The notes: generated from the sequence alone by a model not told the origin. Numbered from the stretch's first letter, positions 19,056 to 28,694 are shown. The stretch is 64,000 nucleotides of DNA from Candidatus Latescibacterota bacterium (GCA_965204725.1 OZ242005.1:4736001-4800000), one strand, 5' to 3'. A program made the numbers and translations.

Positions 19056-19997
19056 ATGCCATTGCAAAAAGAAGACCTACTCGCCGCGCTAAACTCGGTC
19101 ACCTCCATCCCGGTGGTCCCTTTTCGCGGCGGGCGCATCGACTACGACGCCCATGCCAAGAACATCAACTACCTAATGGAGAACAACCACTTAGACGGCG
19201 GCCGGCCCCGGGTGATTGGCATCGCCGGCACCAGCTTGGTCCACCACATTAGCGCGGCCGAGCAAGTGCGGCTATTGGGATTTACCGGGGAACTGATGGG
19301 CGGGCGCGGGGTGCTCATGGCCGGGATTGCCCCCAATCCGGTTGGGGATGCCGAGCGGTTGATCGAGCGGGAGGCCGCGCTCGAATATCCCCCGGATGTC
19401 TATCTCGTCATGCCGCTTACTGGCGTGGCCAATCCAGCGGGCATTTTTGCGTACTACGCGGATTTTGCCGAGCGGTTGGGACGTTCGTGCGGGGCCAAGT
19501 TGCTCTACTACCTGCGCAACCCAGCCGAGTGCGAGATCGCCGTGCGGCTGATGAACGAGTCCGAGCACTTCGTAGGGCTGAAGATCGGCACCACGGTCGA
19601 GGACGTCGAGCCGATTGTCGCGGGGGTGGAAGAGGGAGCAGCGCTGGTGATATGGGGCGTGGGGGACCGCTCAACCGGGCCGGCCGAGCGCGGCACCAAA
19701 GGCCACACATCGGGAATTAACGTAGCTTTCGCCCGCGCCTCCGACGAGATCAACAACGCCCAGCGCCGCGGCGATTTTGCGACCTCCCAGCAGATCGAAA
19801 ACCAACTCGCGGCCCTAGAGGAGATTCGCTTCCGCAACGGCCGCATGTACAACTATTCAGCCGTAGTTGAGGCCATGCACTTGGGCGGATTCAGCGATGT
19901 AGATGGCGGCGAGGGCGGCCCGTTCAACCCGCGAGTGCCGGCGGAAGTAGCCGAGGAAGTGGCCGCGGCCATAGCCGACATTATACCCTACCACTAA
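19056..19997 (+). CDS. Second, divergent DapA-family protein (aldolase/dehydratase/deaminase)
   Basis: SIPVVPF..GRIDYDAHAKNINYL, AGTS, LYY, FVGLKIG; start follows GAGGT. Confidence 0.72.
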   Translation: MPLQKEDLLAALNSVTSIPVVPFRGGRIDYDAHAKNINYLMENNHLDGGRPRVIGIAGTSLVHHISAAEQVRLLGFTGELMGGRGVLMAGIAPNPVGDAERLIEREAALEYPPDVYLVMPLTGVANPAGIFAYYADFAERLGRSCGAKLLYYLRNPAECEIAVRLMNESEHFVGLKIGTTVEDVEPIVAGVEEGAALVIWGVGDRSTGPAERGTKGHTSGINVAFARASDEINNAQRRGDFATSQQIENQLAALEEIRFRNGRMYNYSAVVEAMHLGGFSDVDGGEGGPFNPRVPAEVAEEVAAAIADIIPYH

Positions 19998-20293
19998 ACC
20001 CGGCGCAGCCGCTCTAGATAGGCCGCCCATTCAACCGGGAGCCGGTGCTGCTTTTGGCTATTGCAGTGCTTGCAGCAAGGGACCACGTTGGACTTGGTGG
20101 TTTGGCCGCCGCGGATGAGCGGCACCACGTGGTCCATGGTCAGCTCCTCGGGCGCAAACGACCGCTCGCAGTAGTGGCACTGGCCGGCGGCCCGTTCGCG
20201 CTTCCACCACTGAGAGCGGCGCAGCATCTTGGCCTTGGTTTTCTCTCGGGCGACGTGCTCGGCGTCGGCTGGGACGAAGTAGCTATTTTCCAT
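19994..20293 (-). CDS. Small HNH endonuclease
   Basis: CHYC...LTMDHVVPLIRGG...NVVPCCKHCNSQK. Confidence 0.92.
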   Translation of the reverse strand: MENSYFVPADAEHVAREKTKAKMLRRSQWWKRERAAGQCHYCERSFAPEELTMDHVVPLIRGGQTTKSNVVPCCKHCNSQKQHRLPVEWAAYLERLRRV

Positions 20294-20321
20294 GGGAGAG
20301 CAAGATGCTTAGCCAGCCGCT
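20228..20321. repeat. Left copy of the direct repeat bounding the TIR cassette
   Basis: 20228-20293 matches 22467-22532 with two mismatches; 20308-20321 matches 22533-22546; the left copy has a 14-bp insertion. Confidence 0.9.
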
Positions 20322-20734
20322 TACTCTGCTTGGTATCCCAAGTCCCACACGCGCAGAAGATCGCGACACCCCTGTTCAAAAGTTTGCGTAAAATCGATTA
20401 ACTGAATGGAAAACAGCGTCCAAGAAAGTTGCCCATAATTACAGGGTTGGTGCAAAAGGGGAATCATTTTGTTTTCAAAGTGATTCAGATAAAAAGAAAA
20501 CATCAGCTCTTTCTTTACCCAAGCGGATCCCACTGCATTTGGCGACAAGACAAGCACAAACCAATCGCAGCGGAGAATCGCTTCACCAATTTCATCATGC
20601 CATTGCTGTCCCCCAAGGACATTGGATCGACTGTACCAGACGCGAAGCCCATGCCGCCGCATCATGTCGACCAACTCTTCTACAAACGGCCGATCTCGGT
20701 CAGAATGCGAAAGAAAAATTTCCGTTGGCAACAT
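20321..20734 (-). CDS. TIR domain protein (TIR_2-like)
   Basis: IFLSHSDRDRPFVEEL...VLVLSPNAVGSAWVKKEL, with the catalytic-position Glu. Confidence 0.9.
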   Translation of the reverse strand: MLPTEIFLSHSDRDRPFVEELVDMMRRHGLRVWYSRSNVLGGQQWHDEIGEAILRCDWFVLVLSPNAVGSAWVKKELMFSFYLNHFENKMIPLLHQPCNYGQLSWTLFSIQLIDFTQTFEQGCRDLLRVWDLGYQAE

Positions 20735-20737
20735 AAT

Positions 20738-21184
20738 TCAAGAGATTGATGCAGATGTAGGCGGGGAGCTTGCTATATCGTTTTCCAGAATTGCCTGTGC
20801 GATTTGTTTAATCCCTTCTTCTTCCTCGTCGTATTCACCCATATCGATTATATGTAAGAGCCGAAGAATCCATGGAATATCTTCTTTGGGTATCTCTTCT
20901 GAATCGCCAACAAGGACGGGGATCAGGCGTTTGCGATAGTTTTGTTCGCCAAGAGCATACTCAATTTCCCGGCGTACCCAACTTGAACGCAGAGCGTCGG
21001 CGGTCAGGAGGACCACCATGGCTTCTGACTCTTTCAATGCTTGCGCTACCTTCTCCGTCAAAGTATCCTCAGACAGGATTTCACGGGTGGCATCCCACAC
21101 ATCAAGGCCAGCTTTTTCTAAGCCTACCGCGACCTTCTTGACAAAAGGCTCATCCTTATACGCATGGCTAATAAAGACTTTCAT
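20738..21184 (-). CDS. TIR domain protein (TIR_2-like)
   Basis: KVFISHAYKD...GLDVWD...SSWVRREIEYAL...LIPVL. Confidence 0.9.
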   Translation of the reverse strand: MKVFISHAYKDEPFVKKVAVGLEKAGLDVWDATREILSEDTLTEKVAQALKESEAMVVLLTADALRSSWVRREIEYALGEQNYRKRLIPVLVGDSEEIPKEDIPWILRLLHIIDMGEYDEEEEGIKQIAQAILENDIASSPPTSASIS

Positions 21185-21207
21185 AATCCAAACTATCCTT
21201 TCGTCCG

Positions 21208-21705
21208 CTAAAGATCCAGTAAAGTAAAAATACTAGCCAATAAGAAATACAACAAACCAAAGCATACCGGCACCCATTTCTCTACACCCGTAAGCGGAGA
21301 GTATAGCTTTCTATCTTTCCCTTTGCCGAGGGCTATCCATTCAGTATCGTAAGGAGCAACAGGTAGCATTTGCTCAAGTGCGAGAATGACCTTGTACTTA
21401 CCGCTGTTTAGCTGCCGATACGAACACACGACGCGCCACCACACGTAACAGAGGAGCATCAAGGCAACAAAAGGTACAAAGATGAGCAACGCTGGTTTCA
21501 GTATGTCCTCTTTGAGCAGCACGATAAAGGCGATAGTCAGCGTCGTATGCACACCGACGAAAAACGAGTTTGCTAGCATCCTTCGCGCACTGATCCTATC
21601 AGCCATTTCGACGTATAGCTTGTACTGGTCGAAAAGGTGATTCTCAAATTCGGCACCATAAGTATCTTTACTTTGGCGTAGCAAGTTTAGGCTGTTTTTG
21701 CTCAC
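21208..21705 (-). CDS. Small ~3-TM membrane protein, putative oligomeric pore effector
   Basis: FDQYKLYVEMADRISARR..ANSFF, two TM helices, SYRQLNSGKY..I..LE, and a C-terminal TM. From memory it resembles small TIR-associated octameric membrane proteins. Confidence 0.65.
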   Translation of the reverse strand: MSKNSLNLLRQSKDTYGAEFENHLFDQYKLYVEMADRISARRMLANSFFVGVHTTLTIAFIVLLKEDILKPALLIFVPFVALMLLCYVWWRVVCSYRQLNSGKYKVILALEQMLPVAPYDTEWIALGKGKDRKLYSPLTGVEKWVPVCFGLLYFLLASIFTLLDL

Positions 21706-21771
21706 TGTTTTTCTTCCTCGTTGATTTATGATGTATCCAATGGGTTATCGTAAAACATTTCTACTTTTTAG

Positions 21772-22188
21772 CTACAAAGACCATCTGCGAACAGCAGCTA
21801 CGATACTACTTGTTTGCCAACCAACCATTTCCTTGGCAACGTTTTGCACTTCAATCGGCATACGTTCTTGACCCCAAGGGGCAACTCCGATAATTGGCTT
21901 TCCATAGGATATGGCGATGTCGATTTCTTCCTGAATCCACCTTCTGTGATTGACATACATGCCAGAAACCACAAGAAAGCAGTTAATAGGGGCGATTTGT
22001 CGGTCAAGTGCTTGACGTAGTTCCCCATCTGTCTTTGTTTCAAGCGGATCGTGCTCTGGAACTGAGTAATTGCGCCAATAGAAGTAAGGTGCTTCGGAGA
22101 GAAACATCTCAAGGCGGTAGTACTCGGAGTTTTCGACTCTATGCCATACATGGCTTAAAAAAAGATCATACGTTTTAAGTTTTGGCAT
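21772..22188 (-). CDS. Thoeris ThsB-like TIR protein (DUF1863/MTH538)
   Basis: YDLFLSH.W...NYSVPEHDP...SGMYVNHRRWIQEEIDIA...KPIIGV.PWGQER. Confidence 0.88.
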   Translation of the reverse strand: MPKLKTYDLFLSHVWHRVENSEYYRLEMFLSEAPYFYWRNYSVPEHDPLETKTDGELRQALDRQIAPINCFLVVSGMYVNHRRWIQEEIDIAISYGKPIIGVAPWGQERMPIEVQNVAKEMVGWQTSSIVAAVRRWSL

Positions 22189-22412
22189 ATCTACACTTCC
22201 TTGATCATAACGACCGAATCTTCCGAACCGGCCATACCCCGTTCACGCTTTTGCGGAACATGCTTTCACGGGGCGGGCTTTGAAAATATATGGAACGTGG
22301 CCTACTACATCCTCCGTGTACACGGGGTGCCTTATGCCTAAGCGGGCTACGGGCACTGTTCATTCAAGGCGGCTTTAAGAAAGATACAAGAGCAGCATGG
22401 CCTGTTCAAGTG

Positions 22413-22532
22413 CTATGTTGGGCATTCACTCAGGGGCAGTGCCACGCCTTGTGTGTTGTGCAGCCCCTTGTCCTTGGTTTTCTCTCGGGCGACATGCTCG
22501 GCGTCGGCTGGGACGAAGTAGCTATTTTCCAT
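22413..22532 (-). pseudogene. Truncated 5' copy of the HNH gene (overlaps the right direct-repeat copy, 22467-22546)
   Basis: Translates MENSYFVPADAEHVAREKTK, identical to the HNH N-terminus, then unrelated DKGLHNTQ...*. Confidence 0.8.
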
Positions 22533-22533
22533 C

Positions 22534-23832
22534 TTAGCCAGCCGCTGAAGCCGCCTCGCGCAGCGCCTGCCGCGTCCCCGCCAAGTCGAAACAGGCCTCT
22601 TGATTGCCGCGCATAAAGCGGGTCGCCAGCTCTATGGCTTCGGCTTCGGTCAGCAGGCCGTCATCTACTTCGCCTTGGAGGGCGCGGGCGAGCCAGCGAC
22701 GCGCCTGAATCGCATAGGCCACCGAGCTGGTCGGCCAGCCCGTGTCGCCGCCAAAGGCAAAGAGCTTGGAAGCGGGAGCGGCGTGGATAAAGCGGCGCAC
22801 AAAGTCGCACGCGCTGGCCGGGTCGATGGACCACGCCCAGCAGAGATCGGCATACACGTTGCGGTAGTGTTTGGCCAGCGCGATCAATTCGCTCGAATAG
22901 GGATAGGCAATGTGCATCAGCACAAAGCGGCAGTCGAGGTAGCGCGCCAGCAAGGGGCAGAGGTGACCGCTTTTAATGCGATCGACGGGCATGCGGTCGT
23001 TGCCAGCGTAGTAGCCGGTGTGGATCTTGAACGGCAGCTCGTACTCGATTGCCAGCTCGGTGCCCCGCGCCCAGCACCAGTCGCCCAAAAGCAACCGGCT
23101 CGGCTCGTCGAGCTCTGCGCCTTGGAGCAGGCGTTGGAGGACGCGCTCGGCGTCGGCGTCCGCACGTTCTTCCCAGCGCAGCGTGCGGTTGTACGCGTGC
23201 TGGGCTTTGACCGCTATGGCATGGGAGCCGTGCTCGGCGAAGATGGCTTCCATGCCCTGCTTGAGGCTGGCCAAGTCGGCCACGACCACTCCGGTTTCTC
23301 GCTCAATGGCCTCGGGGTCGATTTGGCCGTTGCAAAAGGTGGCCCAAGACAAGTCGTAGAGGAAAAAGTCCACGCCCGACTCGTCGGGCGGGCAGGGCCA
23401 AGAGAAGTCGTCGGTTTGCACGTGGTCTAGCCGACCTATTTGGCGGAGTAGCTCGTATCGCCCGCCGGGCCGCCGCCAAGCGCTGAGCTTTTCTTGCGCC
23501 TTGTGCAGCTCGGCTGCGCTAAAATCGGCCATGCCATAGACCTCGTGCGCGAGGATGCACACGGCCTCGCCGTAGCCGGTGAAGCGGATGGCCGCAAAGG
23601 CCGAGCGAATGCGATCAAAGCGCGCACCAACGTCTGGATCGGAGGCATCGTTGAGCTTGTGCAAGTCTTCGCTCGTGGCCCCAGCGGCGATTAGGTCGGC
23701 GGGCACGTAGTTGCCAAAAAGGTCTTGCAAAATGTCCGGGCCATTCTCAATCCAGTCGCGCTCCCGGCGGAGGTGTTCGTGCGTGTCGATTAGCAGCGTG
23801 TCGGCTAGGTGTTGGCACAAGTCTGTGGTCAT
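22534..23832 (-). CDS. Amidohydrolase family protein
   Basis: IDTHEH, KIHTG, VLMH, FGGD metal-binding motifs. Confidence 0.88.
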   Translation of the reverse strand: MTTDLCQHLADTLLIDTHEHLRRERDWIENGPDILQDLFGNYVPADLIAAGATSEDLHKLNDASDPDVGARFDRIRSAFAAIRFTGYGEAVCILAHEVYGMADFSAAELHKAQEKLSAWRRPGGRYELLRQIGRLDHVQTDDFSWPCPPDESGVDFFLYDLSWATFCNGQIDPEAIERETGVVVADLASLKQGMEAIFAEHGSHAIAVKAQHAYNRTLRWEERADADAERVLQRLLQGAELDEPSRLLLGDWCWARGTELAIEYELPFKIHTGYYAGNDRMPVDRIKSGHLCPLLARYLDCRFVLMHIAYPYSSELIALAKHYRNVYADLCWAWSIDPASACDFVRRFIHAAPASKLFAFGGDTGWPTSSVAYAIQARRWLARALQGEVDDGLLTEAEAIELATRFMRGNQEACFDLAGTRQALREAASAAG

Positions 23833-23879
23833 GGCATTGCTCCGAGTTGAGGTGTCGCGTTTCCAAGCTGTTTAACAAT

Positions 23880-24308
23880 ATGGATTGGCATCCCTTCATC
23901 GTCCACTATCCCATCGCGCTCTTGTCCCTGAGTCCCCTGTGTGATCTAGGCGCACTGTGGCTGGGTCGCCGCGCCGGGCATCATCTGGCGTACGGCTTGC
24001 TGGTGTTAGGGGTACTAGCCGCGACGACCGCCGTGCTCAGCGGCAACGCGGCTGCGGCCACGGCTTGGGACGGACCAGCCGCCGCGCCATTAGCCACTCA
24101 CGAAGCCCTCGCCACTTGGACCTTGCTCTTGGGATTGGGGGTCGTTCTCGGGCGCTTGCCCCTGCATCTCAGGGGGCGGCTCGAAGGATGGCCGCTCTAT
24201 GTGTGGATTGCCCTCGGCGTCCTGATCGGCGGCTTGGTCTTGTGGACGGGCTACTGCGGCGGCGAACTCGTGTATATCCACGGCTTGGGCGTACGGGCCG
24301 ATCGCTGA
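23880..24308 (+). CDS. DUF2231-type membrane protein
   Basis: HPFIVHYPIAL, THEALA, TGYCGGELVY.HG.GV. Confidence 0.8.
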   Translation: MDWHPFIVHYPIALLSLSPLCDLGALWLGRRAGHHLAYGLLVLGVLAATTAVLSGNAAAATAWDGPAAAPLATHEALATWTLLLGLGVVLGRLPLHLRGRLEGWPLYVWIALGVLIGGLVLWTGYCGGELVYIHGLGVRADR

Positions 24309-24385
24309 TCGGCGGCTGGTTGACGCAGTTTGTTTGGCTTATTTTCGAGGGGCTGACCAGCACTCAACGCCCCGAGGAGCACCCT

Positions 24386-25786
24386 GTGAATCGCCCCAAC
24401 ATCCTGCTCATTATGACGGACGAACACGCGCCCATGTACAGCGGCCCCTACGGGCATCCGCTCGTGCAGACGCCCTTTATGGACCAATTGGCAGCCGAGG
24501 GCGCGACCTTTGCCAACGCCTACTGCAACTCTCCGCTCTGCCTGCCGTCGCGGATGTCGTTTATGACCGGCCGCTATATCAGCCCGATCGGAGCCTTTGA
24601 CAATGCCAGCCCCTTGCCGTCGGATGCGGTCACGTGGGCCCATCGGCTGCGCGCGGTTGGCTACGATGTGGTACTCTCGGGCAAACAGCACTTTTGCGGC
24701 CCCGATCAGCTGCACGGCTTCCGCGCCCAGCTAGCGCGCGATTTACACGCCGAGTTGTGGACCAAAAATGGCGTCCTGCGCGGTACGCCCGACTGGAGCA
24801 AGGGCACCCCGCCAGCCGACAAGCCTTGGGGCGGCGTGGCCGAGGCCGGGCCGGGGACGACCTTAGAGATCGAAGTGGATGATCTAGTTGAGGAACGGGC
24901 ACTCGCTTACCTGCGCGATCCGGCTCGCAAAAAGCGGCCTTGGGCACTAAATGTTTCGTTTATTGCGCCGCATTTTCCGCTCGTAGTCCCCGAGCGGTTT
25001 TTCAACCTCTATCCGCTCGAGCAAATCGACATGCCGGAAATTCCCCCCGGCCACCTCGAAAACCAGCACCCCGTCCACCAGCGGATGCGGGCCATGTTTG
25101 GGGCGGGCCATTTTCCCGCCGAACAGGTGCGCCGCGCCCGCGCTGGCTACTATGGGCTGATTACCTATCTCGACGAGAAGATAGGTCGCCTGCTCGCTGT
25201 CCTAGAGGAGACCGGTCAGCGCGACAACACGCTCATCGCGCATTTCAGCGATCACGGGGAAATGAACGGCGAGCACGGGATGTGGCGGAAGTCGAGCCTG
25301 TACGAGGCGTCTGCCAAGGTGCCCCTGCAAATGGTCTATCCCGGGCACATCCCGGCCGGGCGGCGCATCGGCCAAGTGGTGTCGCTGGTGGATCTGGTGG
25401 CGACCATCGTCGAGCTCGCTGGCGCACCTCGCACGGGGGCTCTCGATGGCGATAGTCTGCTCGGATTGTTGCAAGGGCGGGACGCGCACTGGAAAGACCA
25501 AGCATTTTCCGAATATCTAGCGCACGGCGTGGCGCGGCCAACGGCCATGTTGCGACGCGGCCGCTACAAGCTCCACTACAGCTTAGGGGATCCGCCCCAG
25601 CTATACGATGTAGAGGCCGACCCCAACGAGTTCGACGACCTAGCAGGCCATCCCGCTCATGCGGCTCCGCTAGCTGACCTCCAAGAGCAGCTATTATCCG
25701 CATGGGACCCGGTCGCCTTAGATAGGCAGGTGCGGCAAAGCCAGCAGGACCGGCTCTTGATCGAACGCGCCGCACGGCTCGACTGA
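24386..25786 (+). CDS. Formylglycine-dependent sulfatase (choline-sulfatase-like)
   Basis: RPNILLIMTDEH, CLPSR (CxPxR), GKQH, SDHGE; GTG start follows GAGGAG. Confidence 0.92.
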   Translation: MNRPNILLIMTDEHAPMYSGPYGHPLVQTPFMDQLAAEGATFANAYCNSPLCLPSRMSFMTGRYISPIGAFDNASPLPSDAVTWAHRLRAVGYDVVLSGKQHFCGPDQLHGFRAQLARDLHAELWTKNGVLRGTPDWSKGTPPADKPWGGVAEAGPGTTLEIEVDDLVEERALAYLRDPARKKRPWALNVSFIAPHFPLVVPERFFNLYPLEQIDMPEIPPGHLENQHPVHQRMRAMFGAGHFPAEQVRRARAGYYGLITYLDEKIGRLLAVLEETGQRDNTLIAHFSDHGEMNGEHGMWRKSSLYEASAKVPLQMVYPGHIPAGRRIGQVVSLVDLVATIVELAGAPRTGALDGDSLLGLLQGRDAHWKDQAFSEYLAHGVARPTAMLRRGRYKLHYSLGDPPQLYDVEADPNEFDDLAGHPAHAAPLADLQEQLLSAWDPVALDRQVRQSQQDRLLIERAARLD

Positions 25787-25860
25787 GCATAAATTCGATT
25801 GGGGGCCGCTAGACGCAGACTCGACCATGATACATCTAGCCGATTTCATCGACCGACAGC

Positions 25861-26943
25861 TTAGGCGTCCGGCTCGTACTTTGGCTGCCTCGGCGCACGA
25901 TCCCGCTCCAGCCGATAGGCACTCCCGGCAAGCGGCAGCTCGACGCGGGCGCCGCCGCGCTGGTGCGACTCGACAAATGCGAAAATTAGCTCCGTATTAG
26001 CCCGCGCCAGTGCGGCGCCGCCACGCGGCGGCTCGCCCGTATCGAGGGAGTGGACCAGATCTTCGATCAAGCAGAGCGTTGAAGCCCGGTGCTCGAAAGA
26101 AGGGAACTCCACCACGCCCAGTACATTGCGGCCCCGGTGATCGCGTACTGCCGGTGCCCGCAACTGCCACTCCTTATCATTGCCCAGCGCCGTCACCACG
26201 CCCTTTTCGCAGACGGCCTCCACTTCCATTCCCCGACCCGAATTGAGCGCGTACGCAACGACCCCGTTGGCGAACTGGATGATGCCGTGCCCGACCGGGT
26301 CCTCGCGCAGGATGTTCCCGTCGATTATTTCGTCGCCATTGGGCAAATGCGCCTGCAACCAAGCAGCGGGGGCGTCGGAGTTGAGACGCTGGAGCAGGTC
26401 AAAGCTGTGGCTGGCGCCGTTGAAGAGCGCGCTGGTTTGGTGGATGATAAGGGTTTGCAACGCGCCGATTTCCCCAGAATCAATGACGGCCTTCATTTGG
26501 TCGTAGCCGGGGTAAAAGCGGCGATTGGTGCCCATGTTGAGCACGACGTTGTGGCGCTGGCAGGCTTCGACCATGCGGTCGGCTTCGGCCAGCGAGGCCG
26601 AGAACGCCTTTTCCGCGTAAATCGCCCGGGCACCCGCTTCGGCGGCTGCCATGACGATCTCGGCCCGGTGCTCGGGCTGAGTGGCAACGCTGACGATGTC
26701 CGGGGCTTCGCGGGCGAGCATTTCGCGGTAGTCGGTGTATTGCTTGTCCGCGGGAATGCCGTAGCGCTCGCCGACCTGTTCCATTACATCGACGCGCAGG
26801 TCCGAACAGGCGATGAGGTCCGTGCGCTCACAAGCCTCATACCCGGCGGCGTGAGAGTACGGGCGCATATTGGCTGGGACTTCGTTGTCAATGAAAGCAC
26901 CCATGCGACTGCAACCGATGAGAACGGCTTTGTACTGATCCAT
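25861..26943 (-). CDS. Gfo/Idh/MocA family oxidoreductase
   Basis: LIGCSRMG, DIVSVAT, IYAEKA, NRRF. Confidence 0.88.
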   Translation of the reverse strand: MDQYKAVLIGCSRMGAFIDNEVPANMRPYSHAAGYEACERTDLIACSDLRVDVMEQVGERYGIPADKQYTDYREMLAREAPDIVSVATQPEHRAEIVMAAAEAGARAIYAEKAFSASLAEADRMVEACQRHNVVLNMGTNRRFYPGYDQMKAVIDSGEIGALQTLIIHQTSALFNGASHSFDLLQRLNSDAPAAWLQAHLPNGDEIIDGNILREDPVGHGIIQFANGVVAYALNSGRGMEVEAVCEKGVVTALGNDKEWQLRAPAVRDHRGRNVLGVVEFPSFEHRASTLCLIEDLVHSLDTGEPPRGGAALARANTELIFAFVESHQRGGARVELPLAGSAYRLERDRAPRQPKYEPDA

Positions 26944-26954
26944 TTGCGGCTCCT

Positions 26955-28598
26955 TTACCAAAATTTGGCGATGTTTTCTTCCGCCTTGGTCATCACCTCC
27001 ACCAAGGCGGCGCGGCCTTCGCGGTTGGCTGCGAGGGCGCGTTGGATGGCCGGTGCCAACTCTGAGGGCGTTTCGACGCGCTCGGCGTGGGCACCGAGGG
27101 CCTCGGCTACCTGCGCGTAGTGCCCGCCGAGTTGATTGCTCTGATAGTGTTCGCTGGCATAGGGCATGTACTGGTCGTAGTGGGTCATTACGCCGTTGTT
27201 GAGCACCACCGTGAGAATGGGAATCTCTGCGCGCACCGCGGTCTCAATATCAAGGCCCGCCATGCCAAAAGCCGCGTCGCCCATGATGTTGATGACCTGC
27301 TTGTCCGGCGCGGCCAACTTGGCCCCCAGCGCCAAGCCCAAGCCGTAGCCAAGCTGGGTCGACTTGCCCCAGCCGAGGTATCCTCTGGGGACTTGGGGCC
27401 GCCAAAACGGCACGAGCTGATCGCGGGGATAGCCCGAATCGTGGGTGATGATGGTGTTGGGCACCTCCACGGCGCGGGCGAGTTCGGCGAAGACCCGGTA
27501 GGGATTTATCGGCACCTCGTCCGAGCGGAACCTCGGCGCCCACTCGGCGTTGAACTCAGCGCGGATGGCCGCGATCTCGGCCGCGACCCCGCGCTCGTCT
27601 TCTCGCCCGCCCGCCCCGAGCTGCCGGCGGACCTCCTCGGCGATCTGCTCCAGCACGATCCGCGCATCGCCGATGGCCCCTAAGTCGATCCGATAGTCCT
27701 TATTGAGATCCTCAGCGCAGTTGGTCACCTGTGCCATGACGGCGCGGTCGGGCATGGGGGCGTTGAAGTTCGAGATGGTAAAGCTGGTGCCCACTCCTAG
27801 GACGAAGTCGGTCTTTTGCCGGAAGCGCTCGACCATCAGTGTGCCGGTGTACCCGCCAGTGCCCAGCGCGAGCGGATGGTTTTCAGGGAACGCGCTCTTG
27901 CCGGCCAAGGTGGTCATAACGGGCACGTTGAGCAGTTCGGCGAGGGCTACGAGCGAGTCCGTGGCTTCGGCCCACAAGACGCCGTGGCCGGCGTTGATGA
28001 CCGGACATTCGGCCTTAACCAGCGCGGCAACCAAGTCGCGGACAGCGTCTGGGTCGGCCCCGGACTTATAGGCTTTGATCGGTTGGTAGTCAAAATCTCC
28101 GGGGAACTCGGCGTTGCCTAAATCGCTGGGAATTTCTACGAGCACCGGCCCGGGGCGGCCGTGAGCGAGCTGGCTAAAGGCGCGGCGCATCAGCCCGGGA
28201 ATGCGCTCAACTTGGTTGATGGTGGCGGCCCATTTGGTGATGCCGCCATAGTTGGCTACCGAGTCGAAGTTAGGAGGGACTTGGGTGCGGGCCGTGGATA
28301 CGCCTCCGGGCAGGAGCAGCAGGGGGATGGAGTCGGCGTAGGCTTGGGCCGCGCCGCCGAGCGCGTTTTCGGCCCCCGGCCCGGTCTGCATGGTAAAGAC
28401 GCCAAAGGGGCGGCCGTTGGTCGTGCGACTGAAGCCGTCGGCCATGTTGACGCCCGTCCGCTCTTGGCGGCAGATAACGGGCCGGATTCCAGCGCGAGCC
28501 GCCTCGTCAATCAGGGTCTGGGCGGGAAAGGCCGATAGCCACGAAACGCCTTCGGCCTTGAGGATGTGGGCAATGGCTTGGTTGCCGTTCATGGGCAC
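26955..28598 (-). CDS. Thiamine-pyrophosphate-dependent enzyme (acetolactate synthase large subunit-like)
   Basis: RQERTGVNMADG, GPGAEN, RPGPVLVEIP, GDAAFG-x-NNG TPP motif. Confidence 0.92.
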   Translation of the reverse strand: MPMNGNQAIAHILKAEGVSWLSAFPAQTLIDEAARAGIRPVICRQERTGVNMADGFSRTTNGRPFGVFTMQTGPGAENALGGAAQAYADSIPLLLLPGGVSTARTQVPPNFDSVANYGGITKWAATINQVERIPGLMRRAFSQLAHGRPGPVLVEIPSDLGNAEFPGDFDYQPIKAYKSGADPDAVRDLVAALVKAECPVINAGHGVLWAEATDSLVALAELLNVPVMTTLAGKSAFPENHPLALGTGGYTGTLMVERFRQKTDFVLGVGTSFTISNFNAPMPDRAVMAQVTNCAEDLNKDYRIDLGAIGDARIVLEQIAEEVRRQLGAGGREDERGVAAEIAAIRAEFNAEWAPRFRSDEVPINPYRVFAELARAVEVPNTIITHDSGYPRDQLVPFWRPQVPRGYLGWGKSTQLGYGLGLALGAKLAAPDKQVINIMGDAAFGMAGLDIETAVRAEIPILTVVLNNGVMTHYDQYMPYASEHYQSNQLGGHYAQVAEALGAHAERVETPSELAPAIQRALAANREGRAALVEVMTKAEENIAKFW

Positions 28599-28694
28599 GG
28601 CGTCCCTTTCCGAGGTTAAGACCTCTATCTAAGAAACTCTGTAGGGGCAACCCCACAAAACTTGCGTAGAACGTTGGACAGAGACCTAGCTGCG

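Noticed and set aside
23957-24385. N-terminal extension of the sulfatase ORF (likewise the extensions at 40865-41041, 40957-41067 and 59880-59963)
   Set aside because: They overlap other genes; downstream starts have better RBS or coupling and match family N-termini.
28641-28656. GTAGGGGCAACCCC as a GTAG-type REP
   Set aside because: Single short copy, too little support.
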